A stretch of 64,000 bases of DNA, taken from the NCBI GenBank assembly GCA_000002435.2, contig CM018792.1, one strand, 5' to 3'. The first letter of the stretch is position 1. Every line of letters starts with the position of its first letter. The DNA is from Giardia intestinalis. Its lineage: Eukaryota. The notes beneath the pieces were generated by a model, which searched no databases, was not told the origin of the DNA, and saw nothing but the letters and a program-made list of their open reading frames with translations. This document shows positions 57,501 through 62,789 of this stretch, piece after piece. The position numbers and the translations under genes are program-made.

Positions 57501-58434
57501 AAGCATATTCCACGCATCTAGCAAAGGCTGTACACGCCCAATATTTTTGCAAACTCTCGCCGATTGTCAAAGATTGTACTCTGTAATCCAGCACTGTATC
57601 GTAGATAGTATGAGCACATTAGAGAACCAAGTCCGTGCACACGAGGACGCGATTGCTTCTATCGCTGCATCCTTGCGTGCCGATGCTATTACATCGGACA
57701 GCCCACTTGAAACGCTTGAGACCAGCTCTGTTGTTTTTCCAGTAGCCGTAGACACTACTTTTATGCATCAAACGTCTATGCACGATCTCTTATTGGGAGC
57801 ATTCCAAGTGTCTACCAGTGACAAGGGGAACATCTACAAATATGCTATTAATCGCCAATCATCATGTGTAGAAGCACTCTACAGCAAACCAGGCACACTG
57901 ACAGCGCACAGCCCCCTGAGGTTGTTTCTGACATCCCTCCACGACAAGCAGGACGTTGTTCTTTCCATCGCGAACAACCAGCTCCTGTCATTCTGTTCAC
58001 TAATAGATTTAGAGCCCGTTGGGTACCGTGCCCCTGAGATCTCGGAATCAGCTCCTACAGTCAAGGTGGTCTTACAGAGACCTGTCTCGGACTTCACTTA
58101 TCTTGATTACACCAGCAATCTTATCACAGTGGAAAAGCCGGTGGTCTCGATGTATCGTGTAGACTCAGAGCGTATCTATCAGGAGGTGTCTCTCTGTGGG
58201 TATGTCCTTTCCATTGTTGATGAAGCTATAGTTGACTTTATGTGCACCTTACAATCCAATGCCGACGTCCTTAATACCTTGACCAACAAAATGCTCCAAC
58301 TGGTGTTATCGCCCAATAAGGTGCCGTTTCTTGAAGCCATCGCCGAGGTCCACCAGCAAATGAAGATCGTCACTGCCATGGTCATCCGCCTCAAGAAGTG
58401 TCTCTTCTTGAAAATCCACATGCCTAGAAGGTGA
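42592..58434 (+). CDS. Giant hypothetical protein (5281 aa from first ATG), mostly alpha-helical, with a coiled-coil segment near the C-terminus
   Basis: A single uninterrupted 15.9-kb ORF. The track starts at TTG 42568; the first in-frame ATG is 42592 (MLPAAHAAEDLLLLL), preceded by an A/T-rich region (aacataatgattattatatgcattgtgcacttttgtttggcttgaaATG). I find no Walker-A (GxxxxGK[ST]) motif anywhere in it. One short C-terminal stretch (LERQLAAFESRLLLGQERKQNLNAELTNLRNKY...SDLRQAWLGT...LDNIMGDSIVIATAYTMLL...WTEKGLSDSCITNM) loosely resembles the region after the stalk in dynein heavy chains (E..RW....GD.LLA.AF..Y.G.F....W...GLP.D..S.EN). That resemblance is weak and unverified. Confidence 0.75.
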   Translation: MLPAAHAAEDLLLLLQHPAERRITALPGYSCVTALGRHSSSEVVFCSEEEGQVTFTPERPAPPFSFLFYKSQDAAPAVLLGCSSCQEQTSLLSTILIIFTAVYKQSARFQTQQLYPLYEQFYRLLRLDPLLVQSSVLVDLLEHSPHIDLPAALDAPLVYRYEMGVRHYFSNILHLWALEASNLLSFSQGPRVYDGPSTNTKCAYGTPEYSVFVPRIKSFIDSMRKHIKLTGFSYTDCFNLIILEKLAQMPSLFSFILTGSQKHSHLLSIKRYIDQALDDKTSVFHKMICILAKSNSHSVGEFNRLSYFSQKQAGALKSALQLAIALLPYVLVIHRVSTSYYHIVHSDIQEELSLDLLSDAFFTAICNRLTESKEPAAYDLIAYSLGSDITLAVQHAIGPDHLFATNILLYRRNLGSALRFLDRLGSVLPESPKLTTRISQLRLRCQDLLDLSMWQYQYNTALGIIKTSVYEFPPSLLTILEETVKTIQLFIPDSYSTSETEPTSNFTYALTLLPTEGAFDWLPFLLQGLGSEHVVSAWPKNLVNSSSLDKLSGSGSYYPICGRYKPTNTTEQSCQRAVKAAIQGGRPTPTSRSTSGRKKPILRLTLDVDDLQASNTIGSSLSVSSFSHVAEAPVKSITRREKSMFKYNHPKRKLVTKSLTLATLFKHNFQVMQSIIHRADFNCIHSISVGLQRLAPSLVPTFEGGREIQSATPPILPLHLGRHIIAVRTLLERQAIFAALSPLLLQFILASISFLFYIKRNVLKSFFNIIHLDQYYPCVLFIEHHYKHCVILAYMVCCFGTVLLRFVAWKATESPLLSTVTEEFLSRVTSHGLLDVMLYLSSQLLELLRVSLPTRTHCRLGDYPYKHIASLSQKLPCPEFLTFLWLFDQVFAALKAMRDDCYQAWSSALNQTAEKLHDIMTSVPISVASQAGNLVSYSIGNIDPLPNFIRSCHLYQVSTASQMFSSSDEGTNDHPFNVLYDLLNKKHDEQDNFQTVLLNFKEDLLNCGPTVKHGAWILPPISPQLSQASLSLFRFCISTSILHKHRRLESLLNEHRSLYTRLHQSHLWTLVREQCVQVDALFKSYLSNPAFIWQTTDTMEQFLQDLSASIQLLSSQTHTLSTITANLRNSLMSYAPALKKRINLPITQPLAPVSEFLASSRSWSNDQLPDSIVVHILNDILSQESELGDTPKYFIPKFAEVIQYHEYLSFGSMVLADTDLCNNNTDGDGLNQQISLFINTCNQIEERIYLFKRSIESQLDSYCKEVELLRASSELSDELLLALFNDLSLTLHELAVVWMLYLYLLSSPKTPTLLHVATTLIGDKLYTSPALGSLSEIPQAITDLLSLLSLHKTIDQQSMTPELQNIYSWAETLIHADPLLLRLSESIEDRALTAVLHTVTGRLAIWVISVIQIPLLIDRVLEKLPEMKSSFHNLCSKSTRPARFDCEYSALNQYLPLNLLFSDTSIVHYYKFDGLLFHIAKLLFFCYSKGYEQFDGITSTISASHAQLSNLKQSEDIVLMDLHTHQSASLFLENLLGYLGDILHIQASIDHIPSTKQFNRFFAEFLRFKTFITEKESRISVITCGLYLLRSTGLSEPLISQASTIVKELSSPILFNLYSILNLYLDALSRVEKECYTHLKHALGQLDDSRSLIIEYRYYPVIPSTLEPAALIRTVYLLRSIFKVDALRKLYEQINNRSQVLILYMQKNGIDIEPVFKQSTEKILALQGAINITYEKVKYLVDSTRASLLAYTVSANDALMTALHDFLSFRALDHRESLSLALQSAIKQRALTGAHVRNLYVHGSRILLFLEDSLVRIRHVYSKLCYHYELCYLQGIYGPAIFVKTAHDMLGFIRRSIEGTEFPNYLRLIASYQVIWGRLCQVADRLLYYEDKPIALFYDSYTEIMALLKDSYTLRRQVTLDNAVFLEFLSWYEDLLHILQEELLSIINLKDFTPEQWQDLIYHIGHVTQSSKCMALCTLDSETQLTLGNVLLLKLNTHPDILRGKISMALVSSAVSTKVTNAISHWSDLNTTDFIALVRELSDMMECTGLEHCLFANSIVKGRAADIYVEQYFDAHDLLSLSIIQRSAEELVRGMLQSTSLKASHTALLLEHLETFRAVADMECSERSFPMLTCCQVYLRTILDVGLVSAVFVSTLSQLYNFLIAYSYIGHEDCLNPFTAWTLEDEVSKCLTVLFHILSIHKYILELYDNNLQFKRYLLSDMIEDSSKTVEDIEAVLAFLHGQKVLQKKDRFSVENFNIFCGRLTSYFVPIRLCAFSMPLYQAEEALKLEDHTSSPSQEPSNNSSSKTCLKDVSIYPLMILLCVALKAVMVTIIDSVKDSLPHPSLEQSSETSYITDYAVTEIRKAIIPYNLFCLFSKGLNVCVTLNTLLSLSKIDPLLNGIVSGDLSFSNPNHKFFLQALSEASGSESTSDAAEADVSNCSLFRTALLSTFCNPFLKRLLAGYQKLITSSEDQNIIIGYWCDFPSESPMIFYQPVNLCAVNRWICTSECCNLHPLWLAVISVFHAYEETLRIGSLLALRELRALCSLSLSVDLCTNPSANDEDHAKGVYLTYGYCDLDAYQYEFVPFQAMYIGARLFLSTLCLFQHDYTGRASIISSTSNDFLIYICALVQKHMSIITELPLQLLMLQKEGNSETQLLTRLIDLPSMQWKSAMLWLLFEDFCEKLKASETTLQVLRDRALSGGKASIDPDFIARDLLQKLVSDNVLFLQMELSIFPGQAMSLLNSLDISFSPSKAASRGIMYCASSSPNGVVIARSLFAQIASSIPSLPMIDLIRVYSPTLSVTRSYLNGLLTAASCQSMLLYGLQFISLVRSIFQTILFSDESQVHRKQSVQFFVAHQAQQVLTEIASVLCFSNTQNKQPSASVLSACSHEAVTQRYSLILVPIDSKWETFQRQDLAVCGSDQSFNRNVSVDKQSDQSHIYRACVEIANLIRDPSNGKVTCRNLERALAKFLYHLLAGTTIESAEKFLYLSIDELLRTLAPLSLIGIRRVAEHNTMSVLFDSKVFMMHAQSILQQMVSMDLDERLLQCMDPLLDWLVQLVMRLRYLFIVASPLNAVVLCGPVFSYVHVLPWIFFRALKSSGFPTCYSSEQSEHLSKEAQDYAFLSIHSLRLSSDRSIREVISLYASEQPCYRTILMLTTESLTDEQRDICHRYGIPILNTARPIADANDFKHLELLSLYTNLHAWCCPIYPRINGTWSFTPSPFSLISMRHDTSSALESQAELKEVQQQDPESMTESSERLQSMYLSINHQRKLLAPRIVHSFIELSGVYRDLVEKAVSSTALCTYYRYHAITGALSIVLAILDTLLMDPCIRVNILRLETKYFHAIVVFSCSWAYAALPIKSHRNVDLKSDCASAPASQAESFLYVDSSIRKKSPLLLKTVPRTLHTRQAVIDSAQISWPVFLSNALGSLVLTKIGCHASNIYDFVPAVRVENKVIVDALVTTSLCLEHRSWPELAQTPRALVPQIVVTLCQLYAGERLLSADAGLSHIEFSALSAHISHFYSLGVYSLPAQRCLGILSNVFIIPGAQPVRRTATPESNSKRRLTPLQIVHCAFYPLSRDPTSKAGDATNLTLRSGDPEFCPLVVAAIPIFLTPSSQQHKAYSYAKTSSQILYIFDHHPPRQHIQRLHHPASMVLLQDTYPGSQQADSRFTFMTPRINSTVHTLVFQLFQPLASTLPLSCDQDAYIILIQLTLQAIQDYRGPAEHHHSLNTMLEILAPVQSLLEGFVLNEKITRNVYRSLAHEELVSTSEPLLTPSLAIFAWLLSTVDFYTSCFSKSFYDSPERSSFSELKDFYGSLLSLASFKASKVASTDADPGTFLSSSVKSFGTMELLEFYETYPLFAISLGHTNLFLPLRLRNISTFPIRTGSNTMTGILSNFAAHAQKLEEVVTHSVPPLDSSMFLRLLGLQKYQQFLLANNTSLPLPCPVTKSSEQAESSTSIDVGTICTTAIQCINFRILCDLFSNIHKILHSTPLDPLDGNYIYYSHISMPAFRVGVLLRNLSLFPVTRAEGVSSILVNSHLRLSRFILTEPGHSLRDTLAYACNLRGLIYPLEVVGIQSTEQGILLEIAQTLSLGYMLVAWMRKPVCIYISSYAVRNAKILASLVSLLCYGYSPEIMSTLTTIEQYALTRKILGLLYDPSYGPERSNSAILKDFSSIVDGPLERIGILQISEDSSPSLVKAIRASGLRRFLSLVALAHFSIPPASSRGRDPNQNYTSQLKLKRTGDPPISVLNTLPELLCSPIDVLSTTSADVSLSSLLHVYVDVPIYSDVHLFLKMAHYNHIYTSNLVFAMPPATEFGLVEHTLRRELSMETPALLQDILDDQECLKLAKVYTHIITYLSKVVDKRLLFYYTSYSTCVEFGKVFKSLLYHRRHTFTVRQKHYDLALTNLRLVHENSEQALESCRRASAEIQAHSLAFQNTNFELSHLEEEISVVKQRLCVRTNDKRYAEETLKEASELQNQYKKQIVVFHRQMDRISDYQNSVNPILFAAGWQTHKRFQECLSMACLHLAACTSKKVSVFALSVPKKGASKHTSKEIEPSLDTFKRRVSNIDVFIKEMIAPSPEEIVNSPHYQLIKDYLLDAIESISGYRHTASTYLVPIEHVKVEKGAQSDLAVLPKEISTRLPPFYTKEKARYVPSTMDLLRASVEVRSVHVIADMLFWILLFQMELSTMWINGAEYRTVISDQETAISNCANDIDSLERQLAAFESRLLLGQERKQNLNAELTNLRNKYAESKDMLSTTSSILSSISDLRQAWLGTSADLKLKLDNIMGDSIVIATAYTMLLHVNSSTRCKHLAGIASLLADTYGYTISPVWTEKGLSDSCITNMTLSSNELMQIQYAALTSHFFAPQVPLYERDLNIILSNTSVEVSGDINVSEDEWLGLINCFGSLTEIEADILRHGSTLIHETFVFYVTALLFGHRNTAILVTDQTRSQGRLLSEIVSKVSIFHASSKGCTRPIFLQTLADCQRLYSVIQHCIVDSMSTLENQVRAHEDAIASIAASLRADAITSDSPLETLETSSVVFPVAVDTTFMHQTSMHDLLLGAFQVSTSDKGNIYKYAINRQSSCVEALYSKPGTLTAHSPLRLFLTSLHDKQDVVLSIANNQLLSFCSLIDLEPVGYRAPEISESAPTVKVVLQRPVSDFTYLDYTSNLITVEKPVVSMYRVDSERIYQEVSLCGYVLSIVDEAIVDFMCTLQSNADVLNTLTNKMLQLVLSPNKVPFLEAIAEVHQQMKIVTAMVIRLKKCLFLKIHMPRR

Positions 58435-58446
58435 CGCACATCACAT

Positions 58447-59076
58447 TTACATTATATTTGGAAGCTGTTGCTTAGTAGGATCGATGCTCTGAGGAACATA
58501 ATTTATAAACTCCTTTTCAGTTAGAGATTGATAAATGAAGGAAGCTGTAAACTTGGTTGGTTGGAGGAGAAAACGTCGTCCAAGAGCGTCTATGCAGTGC
58601 TTAATCAGGTCTAGTGCGTCTTGCTTGGTCATGTCTGGCTTCCAGTATTCAGACATGACACTCAACAGGAAGTACATAGAATACCCCTGGACACAGAAGT
58701 TGTCTTCTCCCATCGTGCCCAGATAGTCCATGTAATACAGTTGAGGGCCAGCTGCATCCACGCCCCCTGTGATAACGTACACGTTGTACGGGCCCTCACG
58801 AATGGCCCGTGCAAGCTCTGTGCGAATAAAGTTGGCTGATGACTTAACTGTTGGCGTGTAGCCTTGACGAAGGGAACGGAGCTTCAACGAATGCTTAATG
58901 TAGTCTGTAAATTGAAGGACGTCACCGTCTTCGCCGGTCACAATCATCCCCTGGCCCTCATGGATCTTGACTGTACGATCCGCACATTCCTTGAGAACTA
59001 GGATGCTGTGCTTAAAGACCGTGTCTGCAACCAGACAAACAAAATCCTTTCCCTTGAAGCCAAAGACTGAATCCAT
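58447..59076 (-). CDS. 20S proteasome subunit beta type-2-like (non-catalytic beta subunit)
   Basis: 209-aa ORF with ATG at 59074-59076 (plus-strand cat). MDSVFGFKGKDFVCLVADT...GDVLQFTDYIKHSLKLRSLRQGY...GPQLYYMDYLGTM aligns with human PSMB2 ([23 protein letters not shown]...GPALYYMDYLAA). It has no N-terminal Thr propeptide, so it is an inactive structural beta subunit. It converges on the giant ORF with a 12-bp gap. Confidence 0.85.
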   Translation of the reverse strand: MDSVFGFKGKDFVCLVADTVFKHSILVLKECADRTVKIHEGQGMIVTGEDGDVLQFTDYIKHSLKLRSLRQGYTPTVKSSANFIRTELARAIREGPYNVYVITGGVDAAGPQLYYMDYLGTMGEDNFCVQGYSMYFLLSVMSEYWKPDMTKQDALDLIKHCIDALGRRFLLQPTKFTASFIYQSLTEKEFINYVPQSIDPTKQQLPNIM

Positions 59077-59164
59077 TGTTTCTTATTTCTCTTCACTCCC
59101 TTTAATGTAAATTGCCAAAGTGGGTCAAAACAAAAACCGAACAAAAAGTGCAGAATTGCGCACC

Positions 59165-61291
59165 ATGTTAACCACAACCCTGGCAACCCAAGATTGTAGC
59201 CAGCTACAGCGGCAGCTGGATCTCATGGAGGTCGACCTCAGCGTAAATAAGGAAGAAGGAGACGCGGTTATCAGAATGAACGATCAAATTATACGGCAGC
59301 TGAAAGCGGAGAATACCACCCTGCGTCAGCAAGCAACCGCCATGGCGCGTTCATTTTCACTGAATGCGAATCCAGAGCGCGTCCAGCGTGAAATATATTC
59401 CCTGGCACGCGAGGTAGACAATCTGGGGCATAAGCGCAAACGTCTCGAAAAGCAATTGGCACTTATTCGTGAAAAGGAGCCTCAATTCACAGATGCATTC
59501 CTGGATTCCATAACGCCCACGGGCCGCTCTCTTAAGAAGGAAGCAGAGTACATATCATGTGTCCAGAAGGGATGTATAAGACGCAACCCTAATACCGTTG
59601 ATTTGACATCCAGTGACGTCTTTAGGACACTAGAGAAGCGACGGGACGAAGTTGAGCTGAAATATAGAGATGCAAGGGCCCTCAACGATTTATATACCAA
59701 GCTGCGCAGACAGCTGCAAGAGCAATCCGTGCTATATGATAAGCAGATACGGCAGTGTAAGACTGTGCTTTCAAATAACGAGGACGCGTGCCGCCGAATG
59801 AGCATAATAGCAGAGGAGGCTGTTCTCTCTTCCTTTGACATGGATAACACTCTCCAGACAGAGAAAATGAACGCAACAATGAAGAAAGCAGATAACCAAC
59901 AGAAGTTAGAGGAGAGGCGAGAGCAGGTGCGTATTGCAATGGCAAGCGCAATGCCCAGGTCCCCAACCACTGCACGACCGTCCGCAGAGCCTGCAGACGA
60001 CACAACCATCATCACCATGGAGGAAGAAACGATAGAGGCCTATTGTAAGCGAATGTTTTTGACACGCATCTGTACAGAGACAGGCCTTACGAAGATAGAT
60101 CGCTTTGCAGAGGTTGCAAAGCAGCAGCAAGTAGAAAATCAAAGATTGGATGCGTTGTCCCATACTCTCAGTGAAAAGGATGATGCAACAAAGAAATCCA
60201 TCACGACGATCCTCCAAGTTCTCACAGATACAGAGTACATGCTCGACTCACACACTTCCGTGTTGCATGGAAACGTGTCAAAGCTGAGAGATTCTATTGA
60301 TGCTGCAAAGCATGAGTTTGCCCAGACCAAAGATAAAGCCAAGAGTGTCGATAGCCTTATAAATGCAATAAATACTGGCCTCCAAACGCTTCTAGACAAG
60401 CTCCTTTTGGTAAAGGCCCCGCCACTTTCAGAGCTACAGACGAAAAAAGGCTTCGAAGATCTCTTTTCAGACATGCCTGACAATATAAAGGACATAATAG
60501 CTTACTACGGGAGTGAAGCAGGCAACGCCGATGCTGCTTTGCTGCTCGAGAACGAGTTCCAGCAGATAGTCAGCATGGCCCTGGTCATCGTTAGTAAGCT
60601 GATCACCCTCAAGGAATTTAGAATTCGTGCCGGAAGCAGTAGTTGCGCTGCATCTATTAACAATAGTTCAATCTTGGAGACGCAAGGACTGCCAATGCTG
60701 CCTCTGAACTCTCAACTAGTCGCTGATCAAGGCGCAGAGCCTGCAGAGGGTGGACTTTACAAGACAGAGGAGAAAGGCGCTGAAAGTGCTGAAGAGTACT
60801 TCAACCAGATCCTTGGAAAAGCTGACGCACAACCAGAAGGACCGGCTGTTCCTGCAGAGGTGGAGGCCTCTCCAGTGAACAACGTCGAGGCTCCCGTACT
60901 TGTTCGCACTGCTCCAACCGGAAGAACGCTACTCTCAATAACAAAGGCAGACATTTTTGGCAAAACAACAGATAAGAAACTTACCATGGATACTCTCGGC
61001 GATGATGCCTTGTTTGACTCTGATGAAGACGATTATAATTACAACGCTATTGTACAGGACGACTGTACCGGTGATAACATGAAGATAGATCTTCCTTGGG
61101 ATAGGCCTGCGTCCAAGGCACCTATCCCTAGCAGGACGTCTGCAAAGATCAGTGCCCGCAATGAGAGGATAAGGCGCATACCGCAAGTGTTGCGAGAAAA
61201 AGACCCCATGGATCGTGACGTTATTAAAAGGGCCTCTGAGGCTATTGTACGCATGAACATGGTAGCAGAAGAGGATAAGCAAGAGCAGTAG
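59165..61291 (+). CDS. Coiled-coil protein (708 aa from first ATG), acidic low-complexity C-terminus
   Basis: The track ORF starts at GTG 59120; the first in-frame ATG is 59165 (MLTTTLATQDCSQLQRQLDLMEVDL...). It carries heptad-rich segments throughout the N-terminal 450 aa. I cannot assign a domain. Confidence 0.65.
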   Translation: MLTTTLATQDCSQLQRQLDLMEVDLSVNKEEGDAVIRMNDQIIRQLKAENTTLRQQATAMARSFSLNANPERVQREIYSLAREVDNLGHKRKRLEKQLALIREKEPQFTDAFLDSITPTGRSLKKEAEYISCVQKGCIRRNPNTVDLTSSDVFRTLEKRRDEVELKYRDARALNDLYTKLRRQLQEQSVLYDKQIRQCKTVLSNNEDACRRMSIIAEEAVLSSFDMDNTLQTEKMNATMKKADNQQKLEERREQVRIAMASAMPRSPTTARPSAEPADDTTIITMEEETIEAYCKRMFLTRICTETGLTKIDRFAEVAKQQQVENQRLDALSHTLSEKDDATKKSITTILQVLTDTEYMLDSHTSVLHGNVSKLRDSIDAAKHEFAQTKDKAKSVDSLINAINTGLQTLLDKLLLVKAPPLSELQTKKGFEDLFSDMPDNIKDIIAYYGSEAGNADAALLLENEFQQIVSMALVIVSKLITLKEFRIRAGSSSCAASINNSSILETQGLPMLPLNSQLVADQGAEPAEGGLYKTEEKGAESAEEYFNQILGKADAQPEGPAVPAEVEASPVNNVEAPVLVRTAPTGRTLLSITKADIFGKTTDKKLTMDTLGDDALFDSDEDDYNYNAIVQDDCTGDNMKIDLPWDRPASKAPIPSRTSAKISARNERIRRIPQVLREKDPMDRDVIKRASEAIVRMNMVAEEDKQEQ

Positions 61292-61310
61292 TAGTGCATA
61301 CTACATTTAC

Positions 61311-62687
61311 TTAGGTCCTGAGAGGAACCTCCCATATGGAATTGCAGGACCACATGACTGCGTCCCGGACAGCGTCAGAATCTATGTTCTGGATTGCCTC
61401 ACTCATTTCTTTGAGTAAATTGTCCGTGTCCGAAGACTGTTGCTGAGCATCCAGAGCCTGGACTGCGGCGGTCATCTGGGGCGTGAGGTACTCTAGTGGT
61501 GATAAATCTGCAAGCGCTCTATGTCCTGTAACTACATAGCCTCGCTGCTGTAGAGCCATATCTGCCGTAACGGTCAATGGAACATCGTCAAATATTACGA
61601 AGATAACGTCTGGCCACTCGGCAAAGTGTGCAAGCATCGCTGCAATCCATTGATCGATTGCAACCGGGCCAGGTTTTCCAATCAGAAACTGGTTGAAAAT
61701 CATTGGTTTTTCTAATTCAATTGGTGGAGCTCTATTAAGCCCTGTGACAGTGGCTATCTCTGGGCCTTGCCTGGTATAATTCGGAGGGAATCCCGCGATG
61801 GCTGTCAAAGCAGTCAACTTCGTGATTGACTTTCGTGAAAAGGAGTGCTTAGAGCGTAGCGACACCCCGTACTGTCTGTAAGGCCCAAAGTGCCATTCTG
61901 ACACGTTGATGTAGATAAGTAAGCGTGAGTAGTCGTCGCTGATGAGAATGTCTTTCGATGAAAGAAAATCGGTGGCGTCCTTCAGGGCATGGTTCAGGCT
62001 ACGGAAGAACGAGAGGCGCTCTTGTCGGGACAAGCTTCTCGCCCCTGCCGCGCTATTTTGTCGGGCACGACTTAGTTTAAGAGGAATACGAACGTTAAAG
62101 GCGGGCACATCGCGACGCCGAAGAGCACGGCTGATTGTCGGAACGGAGATTGGCCTCTGCGCAGCCGCCAAGGCCTGTGATGCCTCCATTATTGTGCCAC
62201 CAGGTTTCTGCAATGTCTCCATAATTATTCTGCCAGCTTCGTCGTTGATCATAGGACGTCTGCCACGCGTCTTTGGCTGAGTAATGTCGTCACCCTTTCG
62301 CAACCGCCAGAGGAGGGATCGGACACTAGAACTCTTGATGTTGCACTTCTTTGCATACCAGTCGAAAGGCTGCTGCTCATGGTATTGGGTCCAGAGCTCG
62401 ACCAGCTGTTTCTTTGCAGAAATGGTTATTGTGGCCCTACCCGCATCGGCTCGACGCTTCCGTGGAGACGCCTCTACTGCCGTGCTAGCTGTCGGCACCG
62501 GGGGTGGAGACGTCCCAATGGACTCCATCGGGATGGAGAAGAGGAGGTCTTGCGCTACTTGGCATTGGATGCCCAGCGGCGATTCACCAAGAGAAATGGA
62601 AAGCATGTCCTCCCTTAGGGCGTCTGACTGCAGGGCAGGCTGGTTCGAGGCATGGGCCGTTTTATTTCTCTTTAAGCGATCGTCCAT
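61311..62687 (-). CDS. Tc1/mariner-like (pogo-like) DDE transposase-like protein with N-terminal helix-turn-helix regions; no terminal inverted repeats detected, so possibly a domesticated gene
   Basis: 458-aa ORF with ATG at 62685-62687. The N-terminal region has two HTH-like segments (ISAKKQLVELWTQY...AKKCNIKSSSVRSLLWRL; RGRRPMINDEAGRIIMETLQKPGGTIMEASQAL...ISVPTISRALRR). The C-terminal region matches the Tc1 DDE_3 layout: RLSFFRSL...ILISDDYSRLLIY (first D), VIFVIFDDVPLT (second D), and LADLSPLEYL (E about 32 aa after the second D, as in DD34E). Flanks are only 19 bp on the 3' side and 102 bp on the 5' side before neighbouring genes, and I found no convincing TIR. Confidence 0.6.
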   Translation of the reverse strand: MDDRLKRNKTAHASNQPALQSDALREDMLSISLGESPLGIQCQVAQDLLFSIPMESIGTSPPPVPTASTAVEASPRKRRADAGRATITISAKKQLVELWTQYHEQQPFDWYAKKCNIKSSSVRSLLWRLRKGDDITQPKTRGRRPMINDEAGRIIMETLQKPGGTIMEASQALAAAQRPISVPTISRALRRRDVPAFNVRIPLKLSRARQNSAAGARSLSRQERLSFFRSLNHALKDATDFLSSKDILISDDYSRLLIYINVSEWHFGPYRQYGVSLRSKHSFSRKSITKLTALTAIAGFPPNYTRQGPEIATVTGLNRAPPIELEKPMIFNQFLIGKPGPVAIDQWIAAMLAHFAEWPDVIFVIFDDVPLTVTADMALQQRGYVVTGHRALADLSPLEYLTPQMTAAVQALDAQQQSSDTDNLLKEMSEAIQNIDSDAVRDAVMWSCNSIWEVPLRT

Positions 62688-62789
62688 CTGTTGTTAAATA
62701 TGAACAATGTGTTGGCAATTTAGGCCTGCACACTGTCCAAAATTTTAAGTCCATTAAATGTTATATTTACATACAATTTGAAAACAGGT

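Noticed and set aside
9048-59076. Proteasome alpha-4 (9 kb) and beta-2 (58.5 kb) genes lying in the same window, considered as a possible functional cluster
   Set aside because: They are ~49 kb apart, or ~25 kb if the palindrome is ignored, on opposite strands with unrelated genes between them. In a gene-dense genome this is most simply chance proximity.
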